Part shown: positions 10,243-19,638 of the stretch, one piece after another | How the letters are laid out: each line of letters begins with the position of its first letter | Position numbering within the stretch: position 1 is the stretch's first letter | Source of the DNA: a virus | Lineage: Duplodnaviria > Caudoviricetes | Direction: 5' to 3' (one strand) | Length of the DNA: 33,613 bases | Virus record (IMG/VR): IMGVR_UViG_3300011335_000039 | Span: 1-33,613 of that record | Notes under the pieces: generated by a model | What the model saw: only the letters and a program-made list of their open reading frames with translations | The model's database searches: none | Told to the model about the DNA's origin: nothing | Made by a program: the position numbers and the translations under genes

Positions 10243-12351
10243 ATGGACAACCTAGTAAATTCATTGGTAACCAAAACTATTGGTTTGACTGATCAGCAAG
10301 TTATAAATAAATTGCTGGCTAACCCAAACATGAATGATTCTCAAATTGTTCAGTTTATGTCAAGTAATGGGGTTTCGCCTGAACAAATGGCGAGTATCTC
10401 TAAAATTCCTGTTGGTCAACTTGTTAACAGAATTGCGGCTACGGTAGCGCCCGGTCAATCAGTCACTGTTGGCGATACAATTGTTCAACCCCAATACAAA
10501 ACAACTGGTTCAGGGCAAGATCAACAAATTGGCGGTCTTGAAAATGTTATTACCTATAAAACTGGTGAAAACAAAGTTGGTGGTGGTTACAACCAATATT
10601 CACCTGATGGCAAATTAGAGCGCACAGGCACTCAACAAAAAGTCAATGCAACCCAAGATTTTTTAAAGTTTGCCGCCGCCGCTGGCGGCATGATGTTTGG
10701 CTTGCCGCCCGGTCTTGGAGAAGGAACTGCCGCTACAACTGCTGGAGGTCAAACACTTGGATCGTTGGCAAATCTTGCGGCTGACGCTGATATTGCGGGT
10801 GGTTTAATTCCAGCATACGGCACAAATGCCGCGGCTGATGCGTTTATGACAAGCGCAATGACTCCAGAAGCAATTGCATCTTTGGGTGCAACCGTAGCCG
10901 CGGCCCCTGAAGTCATTGGTTCTGGAAATTTGTTAACAAATGCCGCGGCAAATGCTGTTACCCCACTAACAACAGCGGCGGCGGCAAAGACATTGATTGA
11001 TCCCACAACTGGATTACTTTTAAATGCGGCTGGTAATGTGCTTAGTAATGTTGCAAATCAATCTGGAATTGATAACGCAAGAGAAGCAATTACCCAAGGT
11101 GGTGCAACAGCAAACACAGCGCTTAATAAAGCATATACAGATGCGACAGCTTTAAACACAGCGGGACGCACAGATTTAGCTAATAACTATGCAAATTTAA
11201 ACACTAATTTAAATAACACGTTAGCGGGTCAATCTAACATTTACAACACAACTGGCACAAACTTAGCCAACAATTACGCAAATTTAAATACCAATTTAAA
11301 TAACACTTTGGCGGGTCAAGTTGGTGCTTACAACACAGCAAATCAAGGCATTAAAGCAAATGCCGCAACGCAATTAGGTTTGTTGGGTAGCACATATCAA
11401 GGTCAAAAAGACCAAGCCGCGGCAAATGCAAATGCTTTAAACGCCAACTATGGAAATGCCCGTGGTGATTTGTATGATATTTACAATCAACAAGTTGGCA
11501 TTCAGCAACCTTATCAAGATGTTGGTCAAGCTGGCTCTCAGGGTTTAATCAACAATCAAGACTATTTGACTCGCCAATTCAATGCGGCTGACCTAAATTC
11601 TAATTTAGCGCCTAACTACGCATTCCAATTGCAACAGGGTCAAATGGCTAACCAGCGTCTTGGCAACATGGGCGGTGGTGCTTTGGGTGGAAACGTGGCA
11701 AAGGGTTTGCAAGACTACACGCAAAACTATGCTTCAGGCGCATATCAGAATGCCTTTAACAATTTCAACACACAACGCCAAAACATCTATTCCACATTGG
11801 CTGGCATGGCTAACATTGGCACAACATCAGCGGGTCAACTGGCAAGCCTTGGCAATACATTGGGTGGTAATTTAGGATCATTGTCGTCTAACCTTGGAAG
11901 CAATCTTACAACTAACACAGGCAATTTGTTGGGTGCTGGTACGGCTTATGGCACTAACACCGCTGGCGTAACAAACAACTTGAACAATGTGTTGTCATCT
12001 AATCTGGGTCAATTGCAAGGCGCTTATAACCAGTATGGTAGCAACTTAACAAGTGGCTCTAATACTTACGCTGGCAATGTGCTTGGTAATGCCAACACAA
12101 TGCAAAATGCCTATAACCAGTATGGAACTAATTTGTTAGGTGGATCAACCAACTATGCCAACAATTTAACAACAAATACAAACACAGGCGTAAATGCCGC
12201 AAATGTGTATGGATTGAATTCCGCTAATCTTGCCACTGGTCTTGCGGGTGCATTGGCAAGCAACGCCACAGCAACAGGCGCAAACAACGCAACGGCTTTA
12301 AGCAACCTTGGCAACACAGCTTTGCTTGGTTCTATGATCAAAGCGACATAA
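10243..12351 (+). CDS. DNA ejection protein (gp7-like core, greatly extended)
   Basis: 702 aa, N/A/G/L/T-rich. Core QPYQDVGQAG...PNYAFQLQQG...GLQDY. First of three large genes after the tail. Confidence 0.7.
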   Translation: MDNLVNSLVTKTIGLTDQQVINKLLANPNMNDSQIVQFMSSNGVSPEQMASISKIPVGQLVNRIAATVAPGQSVTVGDTIVQPQYKTTGSGQDQQIGGLENVITYKTGENKVGGGYNQYSPDGKLERTGTQQKVNATQDFLKFAAAAGGMMFGLPPGLGEGTAATTAGGQTLGSLANLAADADIAGGLIPAYGTNAAADAFMTSAMTPEAIASLGATVAAAPEVIGSGNLLTNAAANAVTPLTTAAAAKTLIDPTTGLLLNAAGNVLSNVANQSGIDNAREAITQGGATANTALNKAYTDATALNTAGRTDLANNYANLNTNLNNTLAGQSNIYNTTGTNLANNYANLNTNLNNTLAGQVGAYNTANQGIKANAATQLGLLGSTYQGQKDQAAANANALNANYGNARGDLYDIYNQQVGIQQPYQDVGQAGSQGLINNQDYLTRQFNAADLNSNLAPNYAFQLQQGQMANQRLGNMGGGALGGNVAKGLQDYTQNYASGAYQNAFNNFNTQRQNIYSTLAGMANIGTTSAGQLASLGNTLGGNLGSLSSNLGSNLTTNTGNLLGAGTAYGTNTAGVTNNLNNVLSSNLGQLQGAYNQYGSNLTSGSNTYAGNVLGNANTMQNAYNQYGTNLLGGSTNYANNLTTNTNTGVNAANVYGLNSANLATGLAGALASNATATGANNATALSNLGNTALLGSMIKAT

Positions 12352-12360
12352 GGATAAATC

Positions 12361-13926
12361 ATGGCTGACTTTTCAATGAACGTAAATTACGCCAAACCCC
12401 AGACTACAAGTCTTGGTGACATGGTAAACATGGCTTCTGGAATCCAGAACTATCAGCAAGCACAGCAGATCAATCCTTTAGAGTTAGAAAAAAAGCAGAT
12501 TGAAAATCAAGTATTGCGTCAGAAAAATGATGAGCGTTTAAAAATGCAACAGTTCATTCAAAACCCAGACAACTGGCAAACTGATGGAATAATGGATTTA
12601 AAAAAGATCAATAAATTAGCCGACATTGCGCCATTGACAGGGCCAGAAAGAATTAAAGAACTTACAGGCATTCATACTGATCAATCTACCGCCACAAAAG
12701 CTAGACAAGATTTAACAAAGCAACAAAGAGCGCAAGTGGCTGATGTTAAAAGCGCTTTAGGTTTTGCTGGAGTTAGTGACCCTAAACAAGTCATTAAAGC
12801 GTATCAAGGGTTTATTGATAGAAGCCCTGATGATCCTGAAATTCACAGATTGTTGAATGCTGAAATTAAATTGTTAAGCAGGGCAGAGGCTGGCCCACAC
12901 ATCACTAAAGACCTGATGACTGAGGCTGGCATGGCTTTGCCTCAAGAAACTCAACGCACAACTTTTGCACAAAAGCCGGGTCTTGCTTCTGTGGGCGGTG
13001 GTACAGCAGAAACTGTTACTACGCCAGCAGGGATTGGCGGTCAAGCACCAAGCACTAAATTTACAGGCAATGTTGAGCCTAATATTCTTGGCCCTAACAT
13101 TGTTGAATTGAATGGCATTAAATACGTTGCTATGCCCTCCAAAGTGCCGGGCGGTCAGCCTACCCTTACCCGCGTGGGCGCTGAAGGTGAAGCTGGTGCG
13201 CCACAAGGTCAAGTTAACGCACCACAAGCCCCACAAGGGCAACAGCGCAGACCTTTGGTTGTAGAAGATATGCCTGTTCCTCAAGGCGGCATTCCGCAGT
13301 TAAACACATTCCAACAAGCACGTTTGGAATCAGGTACAAATTTAATTAAGCAATCTGTTGAAACAGCTAATGCCGCAACAGAAGGTGAAGAAACATCACG
13401 CCAAATTAAAAACTACATGAGTTCAGCCGCGGGAAGCGCCCCCGGTCAAATGCTACGCAAAGCTGGCAAATGGGTTGCTGGTGATCCACAGCTTGAAATT
13501 CTTAGCAAAAACTTGGCTGATCAACAATTGCGTAACATGAAATTGATGGGCGCTAAGACTGACGCGGCTGATGCTGACGTTAAAGCCGCAAGCGGTAATG
13601 TTGATTTGACCCGTGAAGGTTTGCAAGCAATTGTAGAAAGAACTGACGCAAGCAATGCCGCTGTCAAAGCATTTCAAAAAGGTTTGAAAAGATATACAGA
13701 CCAAGGCTTAAATGGTATTGTTCATGCTGACAAATTCCAGCAAGCATGGGCAGACAATTATGATGTTCGTGTGTTTAAAGCCATGAACATTATGAATTCA
13801 AATCTGTCACAAGCACAAAGACAATTGGAACAGCAAAAACTTCTTAAAGGTTTGACTGATGCCCAATTGAAAGATTTGCAAGAAAAAGCTACAAACATTG
13901 AGCGCTTACAAAACGGTGGACGATAA
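12361..13926 (+). CDS. DNA ejection/internal virion protein
   Basis: 521 aa, Q-rich and helical. Position matches the P22 gp20 slot. Confidence 0.62.
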   Translation: MADFSMNVNYAKPQTTSLGDMVNMASGIQNYQQAQQINPLELEKKQIENQVLRQKNDERLKMQQFIQNPDNWQTDGIMDLKKINKLADIAPLTGPERIKELTGIHTDQSTATKARQDLTKQQRAQVADVKSALGFAGVSDPKQVIKAYQGFIDRSPDDPEIHRLLNAEIKLLSRAEAGPHITKDLMTEAGMALPQETQRTTFAQKPGLASVGGGTAETVTTPAGIGGQAPSTKFTGNVEPNILGPNIVELNGIKYVAMPSKVPGGQPTLTRVGAEGEAGAPQGQVNAPQAPQGQQRRPLVVEDMPVPQGGIPQLNTFQQARLESGTNLIKQSVETANAATEGEETSRQIKNYMSSAAGSAPGQMLRKAGKWVAGDPQLEILSKNLADQQLRNMKLMGAKTDAADADVKAASGNVDLTREGLQAIVERTDASNAAVKAFQKGLKRYTDQGLNGIVHADKFQQAWADNYDVRVFKAMNIMNSNLSQAQRQLEQQKLLKGLTDAQLKDLQEKATNIERLQNGGR

Positions 13927-16442
13927 TGGCACTTGCTGATTTCTTTACCAGACCTAGTTCAGAAACGCCAAGTGAGGGTGGTTTAAGCCCTGATTTGGCA
14001 GATCGTCTTGAACAAGCCAAAGCCGCTTATCAAAAGCAGTTTGGCAAGCCTTTGCCTATTACCAGCGGGTTTAGGTCTAAAGAAGAACAACAACGCTTGT
14101 TTGATCAGCGAAAAAATAATCCTAATTTGGTAGCCGCCCCCGGCACTAGCTTGCACGAATCTGGCAACGCTGTGGACATTGGCACAAGCGTCCCTGAAGC
14201 GTTTTTAAACCAATTTGGCATACATCGTCCATTGGGCAAAAAAGACCCCGTTCATGCTGTTTTAATGCCTTCTCAAGCGCCTTCTGAGGGTGGCTTGGCT
14301 TCTTTCTTTACCCGCCCAGAGGGTGAACAAGCGCCTAAAGAGCAAGACTTGACAAAACCGTTTGTTGGTTATCGCCCAATGCGTAGCCAAGCCGCTATTC
14401 AAGCACAGCAAGCTGGCTCACCCGAAGCACAACAAGCTGGTCAAGAAAGAGCTAAAGAAACCAGTTTCTTGCGTGACTTGGCTTTGGGTGGCGCTTCATT
14501 GGCTGACCAAACAATTGGTGGTATTTTGCCTATGGCGGGTCAAGTTACCCAAGCTGGCGCTAGATTCTTGGGTGGCGCTGAACAAATGTTAACTGGCAAG
14601 CCATCTAGCCTAACACCGCAACGTGCTGAAGAACTTGGTGGCGTTGTTACATCAGCCCTTGAAAAACCATTTGGTAAAACTTTGGGCGCTATGGGCGTGG
14701 GTCAAGGTACAGAAAGCCCTGCCTACAAACAAGAACTTATGCGTTCTGTAATGGACGCATTTGCCAAGAATGGCGTTGAGCCAACGGCTGAATTGATTGC
14801 ACAGAAAACTGGTCTGCCAATTGAAGATGTGCGGAATATGCTTGGCACGACAATGATTGGTGTTGCGCCTACTGTTGGCAAATATGGTGCTAAAGGCTTT
14901 AATGCGGCAAGAGAAGTTGTGGGTGATGTTAGATCACAAATGCAACAACAATTAGCGGCTAGACAGAAACAACCACAAGCACAACCAAGCGGAATGCAAA
15001 GCGCTGGTGCGGCGGCGGCTATGCCAGAAAACGTCTTGCGTGGCAACATTGATGCGGCTATTGCTCAATCAAGCCCTGAGTTACAGGCTCATGTTAAAAC
15101 ACTCAATCCAAGGGCTGTTGACATACCGTCTTTAGAAACCCGCAGTCTTGAAGATAAGCATGGCGTTAATTTGTCAACAGGGCAACGTACAGGCGATACA
15201 GCGCTTTATTCTCAAGAATGGAATAAGCGTGGTGAAACCAGTACGTTGGGTGAGCATTTTAATGAGCAACCAAAGCAGTTTAAAGCCGCGTTTGAAAACG
15301 CTATTAGACGCAATGCGCCTGATATTAACGAAATTGATCCTAGTGCTATTGGACAAGTTCAAATAAATGCGTTAGCCGCTAAAGATCAAATTCGCAGAAC
15401 AGCTATTTCTGACGCATACAAAGCATTAGAAGATGCTAATGGCGGTCAATTTCCTATTGATATTTCAAAACTAAAAGCCAACATTGACAACGAATTAAAA
15501 AGCAAACTGAAATACAACGCTTATGAAGATAAGTTAGGCACAATCAAAAAAGATATTGACAGCCTAATTGAAAAAGGAAACATGACGTTTTCTGATTTTG
15601 AAAATCTTAGAACAAACTTAGCTGATGAATTGCGATCCAATGGAAATGGAACGGCAAGGCAAGCGGCTTACATTGTTCGTGACCAATTAGAAAAGTTACC
15701 GATTTTTGGTGAAGAAACTGGAAGCCCACAAGCTATTCAACTTAAAGCATTGGCTGACAAAGCACGTTCTTTAAACAAAGAGCGCATGGATGTTATCAAG
15801 TCAAATCCAGCGTATAAGTCTGCGGTTAAAGAATCAAGCACTTTAGAAGATGCGGCATCACAAGGTGAAAGTCTTAACGCTGAAAAGTTCCATGATAAGT
15901 TTGTTACTAAAGGAACACCAGAGTCTATTCGTAGAATGAAGGCTGAATTGGCAGACGATCCACAAGCTGTTCAATCAATGGTGGCTGGTGAATTACGTCA
16001 AGCTATGCGTAAAGCTGGATTGGCAACTGATACACCTGATTTAAACCCAAAACAGTTAGCCAATTACATTTACGACAATAGAGGACGTTTACAAGAGGCG
16101 CTTGGCCCTGAGGGTATGAAAGACCTAATGGAACTAACAGCGCTTTCTAGTAAAGTTGGAATGCCCAAAACAGGCACATTTAACTATTCAAATTCTTTAA
16201 GTGGAATGTTAGCTGAGTTGGTTAAACAAGGTGTTGCAACTGCTACTGAAACAAAATTAGCCGCCATGACGGGTGGTGCATCCATTCCAGCTATGTCACT
16301 TGGCAAACAATTTATGGGTAAACTAAACAAAGAGGGATTTGCGCGACAAGCTGTAAATCCTTATGGTGGTTTAACTAAAGATTTAAACGCGCCTCAAAAA
16401 CCCGTAAAAATTGATTTATCTGGAATGGCGAACAAGGAATAA
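13926..16442 (+). CDS. DNA ejection protein with an N-terminal peptidase M15 (peptidoglycan hydrolase) domain
   Basis: 838 aa. ITSGFRS..EQ..L, PGTSLHESGNAVD (SxHxxGxAxD) and DPVH. Confidence 0.78.
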   Translation: MALADFFTRPSSETPSEGGLSPDLADRLEQAKAAYQKQFGKPLPITSGFRSKEEQQRLFDQRKNNPNLVAAPGTSLHESGNAVDIGTSVPEAFLNQFGIHRPLGKKDPVHAVLMPSQAPSEGGLASFFTRPEGEQAPKEQDLTKPFVGYRPMRSQAAIQAQQAGSPEAQQAGQERAKETSFLRDLALGGASLADQTIGGILPMAGQVTQAGARFLGGAEQMLTGKPSSLTPQRAEELGGVVTSALEKPFGKTLGAMGVGQGTESPAYKQELMRSVMDAFAKNGVEPTAELIAQKTGLPIEDVRNMLGTTMIGVAPTVGKYGAKGFNAAREVVGDVRSQMQQQLAARQKQPQAQPSGMQSAGAAAAMPENVLRGNIDAAIAQSSPELQAHVKTLNPRAVDIPSLETRSLEDKHGVNLSTGQRTGDTALYSQEWNKRGETSTLGEHFNEQPKQFKAAFENAIRRNAPDINEIDPSAIGQVQINALAAKDQIRRTAISDAYKALEDANGGQFPIDISKLKANIDNELKSKLKYNAYEDKLGTIKKDIDSLIEKGNMTFSDFENLRTNLADELRSNGNGTARQAAYIVRDQLEKLPIFGEETGSPQAIQLKALADKARSLNKERMDVIKSNPAYKSAVKESSTLEDAASQGESLNAEKFHDKFVTKGTPESIRRMKAELADDPQAVQSMVAGELRQAMRKAGLATDTPDLNPKQLANYIYDNRGRLQEALGPEGMKDLMELTALSSKVGMPKTGTFNYSNSLSGMLAELVKQGVATATETKLAAMTGGASIPAMSLGKQFMGKLNKEGFARQAVNPYGGLTKDLNAPQKPVKIDLSGMANKE

Positions 16443-16444
16443 AT

Positions 16445-16987
16445 ATGGCAGTCAATCTTGCACCAATTGGTAATGGTTTTCAATTTTTTACCAACACAGG
16501 CATTCCCCTTAATGGTGGATATATTTACACCTACCAAGCTGGCTCTACAACCCCGCTTGCAACTTACACCACTTCAACGGGTACAATTGCCAACACTAAC
16601 CCTATTCAATTGGGGACAAGCGGTCGCCCCCCACAAGAAATTTGGCTAACTGCTGGTTATTCTTACAAGTTTGTTTTAACTGATTCTGCCAATGTGCAGA
16701 TTGGAACTTACGACAACCTTTATGGAATTTTGGGAACAGCCGCAAGCACAAACCCAATTCCCGCTGGTGGCATCATTATGTGGTCAGGCTCTATTGGTGC
16801 TATTCCTACTGGCTATTATCTTTGTAATGGCTCTAACGGCACACCAGACTTGAGAGACAAGTTTGTAGTGGGCGCTGGTAGCACTTACGCTGTTGGAAAC
16901 ACGGGCGGTTTCACAGCCGCGGCAACAAGTTCAGGTGGTACTTACTTGCCTTTGTATTATTCCCTTGCATATATTCAAAAGGCTTAA
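16445..16987 (+). CDS. Short tail appendage: tailspike head-binding-like domain plus tail-collar-like domain
   Basis: G.PL.GG.IYTY.AG.TTP..TY...NTNPI.L...GR, followed by PAGGIIMWSG...P.GY.LCNG.NGTPDLRDKFVVGAG. Confidence 0.75.
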   Translation: MAVNLAPIGNGFQFFTNTGIPLNGGYIYTYQAGSTTPLATYTTSTGTIANTNPIQLGTSGRPPQEIWLTAGYSYKFVLTDSANVQIGTYDNLYGILGTAASTNPIPAGGIIMWSGSIGAIPTGYYLCNGSNGTPDLRDKFVVGAGSTYAVGNTGGFTAAATSSGGTYLPLYYSLAYIQKA

Positions 16988-16989
16988 AA

Positions 16990-17193
16990 ATGGCTGAAAT
17001 TGATTTAGTCAAATATGGCGTTCTTTGGCAAAAAGTTGAATCTATGGAAGCCAAAATAGACAAGATGGAAGCCCAATTAGATACGCTGATTGAGTTAGCC
17101 AACAAAGGTCGTGGCGGCTTTTGGATGGGCATGGCGCTAGTGTCGGGCGTTTCCTCAATCTTTGGTTACATTTCACACTATTGGTCAAAGTAA
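16990..17193 (+). CDS. Small membrane protein of the lysis cassette (holin/antiholin-like)
   Basis: Coiled coil followed by one C-terminal TM segment (KGRGGFWMGMALV). Confidence 0.55.
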   Translation: MAEIDLVKYGVLWQKVESMEAKIDKMEAQLDTLIELANKGRGGFWMGMALVSGVSSIFGYISHYWSK

Positions 17194-17197
17194 ATGG

Positions 17198-17485
17198 ATG
17201 CGCTGGCTCATACTTCTTTTGTTGCTTGGGCTAGTTGGCGCAGTAGCCAAGAATGGCTGTCACGTTAGAGAGTTCTATGGGATAGGCTACATAACGCACG
17301 ATCCTACACAGCGTCATAAGGAAATGATTGCGTGGCTAAGTCAAAACGCAGAGCATTGCAAGTCAACAGATTATGTTGTGATTTGGAACAATTTGGCAGA
17401 ATGGGCGGGATCAGCGGATTCCACATTTTTAAGGGCTAAAGTTGTTCACGGATACAAGGATGCACTTGAGCGAGAAAAGAAATGA
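17198..17485 (+). CDS. Hypothetical exported protein
   Basis: Likely start at 17198 (MRWLILLLLLGLVGAVA, signal-peptide-like). Two Cys. Confidence 0.55.
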   Translation: MRWLILLLLLGLVGAVAKNGCHVREFYGIGYITHDPTQRHKEMIAWLSQNAEHCKSTDYVVIWNNLAEWAGSADSTFLRAKVVHGYKDALEREKK

Positions 17486-17763
17486 TCAAGAAGCCAGTAA
17501 CTAGAACGCTTAAAAAAACGGGGCCAGACATAAAGGAAAAATTGACCTTTTATGTCACGATGATTGTGGCAACAACTTTGTGCCTTTGTATGCTGGCAAT
17601 GGTTTTTGCATTTTTACTTGGACTATGGGCAAAAGAGGTTGACAATAATTCCATATTTGGACTCATAGGCCCGGCATTTCAGACGCTGTGTGGGGGTCTG
17701 ATAGGCTTCCTGTCAGGGGTAAAACTTATGCAAAGTGAAGAAAAAAAGGATCACAAATGTTAG
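17482..17763 (+). CDS. Two-TM membrane protein (holin candidate)
   Basis: Two hydrophobic segments with basic termini; lies in the lysis cluster. Confidence 0.55.
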   Translation: MIKKPVTRTLKKTGPDIKEKLTFYVTMIVATTLCLCMLAMVFAFLLGLWAKEVDNNSIFGLIGPAFQTLCGGLIGFLSGVKLMQSEEKKDHKC

Positions 17764-18251
17764 ACATTCTTAGCGGTGGTTTATTGGGTTCAATTTTTGG
17801 CGGCATTTTTAGGATGGCCCCAGAAATTCTCAAATATTTTGATAAAGCCAATGAACGTAAACACGAATTGGCACTTTTTTCTCGACAATGCGAATTAGAG
17901 CAAATGCGTGGTCAGCAAAAGTTAGCTGAGATTGGCGCACAACGTGAAGCCGCAATTGACGTAGGCGTGATGGATGCCTTTCAATCAGCTATAGAACAGC
18001 AGGCAACGATGGTTAAAGCCGCGGGTGGATGGGTAGCCAGCCTGTCAGCTTCTGTGCGTCCTGTGGTCACTTATTGGGTTTTGTTTGTCTGGTCATTTAT
18101 CCATGTGTGGTTTGCATGGAATGCGTGGCTTGCGGGTGCGCCAGCTACGGAAGTCTTTAAAACCATGATGACACCTGACTTTTCAGCTTTGCTTTCAGGA
18201 ACAATCAATTATTGGTTTCTTGACCGTACATTGTCTAAGCGTGGGCTATGA
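17757..18251 (+). CDS. Holin-like protein (3TM/GTA-holin-like)
   Basis: ERKHEL, WV..LSASVRPVVTY and I.YWF.DR motifs; overlaps the lysozyme start. Confidence 0.65.
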   Translation: MLDILSGGLLGSIFGGIFRMAPEILKYFDKANERKHELALFSRQCELEQMRGQQKLAEIGAQREAAIDVGVMDAFQSAIEQQATMVKAAGGWVASLSASVRPVVTYWVLFVWSFIHVWFAWNAWLAGAPATEVFKTMMTPDFSALLSGTINYWFLDRTLSKRGL

Positions 18252-18691
18252 ACTTAGAGTTAGCCGCGGCTCTGTGTAGGCAGTTTGAGGGGTTTAGAAG
18301 TAAACCCTATCTTTGCCCTGCGGGGATTGCTACGATTGGTTACGGCTCAACCTACTATTCTGACGGGCGCAAAGTGACCTTGGAAGATGCGCCTATGGAT
18401 GAGTCTAACGCAAGGGCTTTGCTGATGGTGGAACTTGAGCATACTTACTTGCCGGGCGTTCTGCGTAATTGCCCCATACTTTTGACAGATGAACGCAAGT
18501 GCAACGCTGTCGTGGATTGGTGTTACAACCTTGGGGTGGGACGTCTCCAGACTTCCACTTTAAAGCGCAAAATAAACGCACAAGATTGGGATGGCGCAAA
18601 AGAGCAATTGATGCTGTGGACTAAGGGGGGCGGCAAAGTGTTGCCGGGTCTGCTAAAGCGCAGACAAGCCGAATGCGCCCTTATTTCTTAG
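18248..18691 (+). CDS. Endolysin, GH24 lysozyme
   Basis: FEG...PYLCPAG..TIGYG.T, YNLG.G.L..STL and GGKVLPGL..RR.AE motifs. Confidence 0.95.
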   Translation: MNLELAAALCRQFEGFRSKPYLCPAGIATIGYGSTYYSDGRKVTLEDAPMDESNARALLMVELEHTYLPGVLRNCPILLTDERKCNAVVDWCYNLGVGRLQTSTLKRKINAQDWDGAKEQLMLWTKGGGKVLPGLLKRRQAECALIS

Positions 18692-18875
18692 CGTCTTTAA
18701 TAAAACACCCAAAGCTACCAATTGTGTCTTTGCCAAAAGGAAGCACCACAATGCGTTTTGCGTAGTCATCTAGGGCATCGTTCCAACCAGCGTCATAAGC
18801 CGCACATACGGCATCTATTGCGCTTTCTTGAGCGCCTGTAATGCGTAGCAAGTTAACTAGATCGTCTTTGGTCAT
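18681..18875 (-). CDS. Hypothetical protein
   Basis: 64 aa; AAGGA SD; last gene of the leftward operon. Confidence 0.6.
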   Translation of the reverse strand: MTKDDLVNLLRITGAQESAIDAVCAAYDAGWNDALDDYAKRIVVLPFGKDTIGSFGCFIKDAKK

Positions 18876-19047
18876 TTGTATTCCTTTGGTGTCTGCCTAC
18901 TTTCTTAGCAATCCAACAAGATTGGCAAATCCACTTATGCCCCATGTCAATGCCCCCCTCTGGAGGCTTGATTTCATCACACTTATTACAAGATCGTAAT
19001 TTGTGAACTGGCTGATTGCCGTTTAGTCCGAGTGGATACATTGCCAT
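18853..19047 (-). CDS. Small zinc-finger protein
   Basis: CNKC...CQSC. Confidence 0.6.
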   Translation of the reverse strand: MAMYPLGLNGNQPVHKLRSCNKCDEIKPPEGGIDMGHKWICQSCWIAKKVGRHQRNTNDQRRSS

Positions 19048-19343
19048 TCTCTTTCATTTCTTCCTGAATTGGATTTAACGGTGTTGCCTGTCAATTCTAT
19101 TAAACCAATGATTTTCATTTCATTGAGCCGCCTAGCCACTTGATTGCCATCTAGCATTGTCAAAGCTGAAATGCCATCTTTACCGAGAGGCCCGTAAAAC
19201 TTCAGGCAATCAAAAATAACTTGGTGGTGTTGGGGTGCAACGTCTTTAATTGACTCCGCGGCTTCAAATGAAGTTACAGGGTCATTGGCTCTGACTCTTG
19301 GAAATTCGGGAAATATTCTGTTAAACATTCTTTTGTAGTCCAT
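19023..19343 (-). CDS. Putative winged-HTH DNA-binding protein
   Basis: R.NDP.TS.EAA...NQVARRL.E...GLI..TG...SGR..R.W. Confidence 0.65.
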   Translation of the reverse strand: MDYKRMFNRIFPEFPRVRANDPVTSFEAAESIKDVAPQHHQVIFDCLKFYGPLGKDGISALTMLDGNQVARRLNEMKIIGLIELTGNTVKSNSGRNEREWQCIHSD

Positions 19344-19413
19344 GATTGTTCCTAAATTGGTGGGGTACTAACCATTCGTCCGCAAGCAAAATTGCATGGC
19401 TTTCCCCCGTTAA

Positions 19414-19638
19414 TCAAAAATCTATGTCATCGTCCTTGGGCAGACCTTTGTAGTTGTCCTCTGGATCATTTAAAAATGCCCGTCCATCCCAATTGCGTGG
19501 CTCAACGTCAATGATCAACATTTCACCCGCTTTGGTTTCAATGACGCTACCAATTGCGCGGTAACGGTGTTTTGTTTTGCCATCCTTATCTGTGTAAGAA
19601 CCAATAGAGGCTTTGACAATTTTTAGAGTTTTAGACAT
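19414..19638 (-). CDS. Putative small ssDNA-binding protein
   Basis: GSYTDKDG..K.RY..IG with an acidic DDDIDF tail; downstream of ERF and the exonuclease. Confidence 0.6.
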   Translation of the reverse strand: MSKTLKIVKASIGSYTDKDGKTKHRYRAIGSVIETKAGEMLIIDVEPRNWDGRAFLNDPEDNYKGLPKDDDIDF

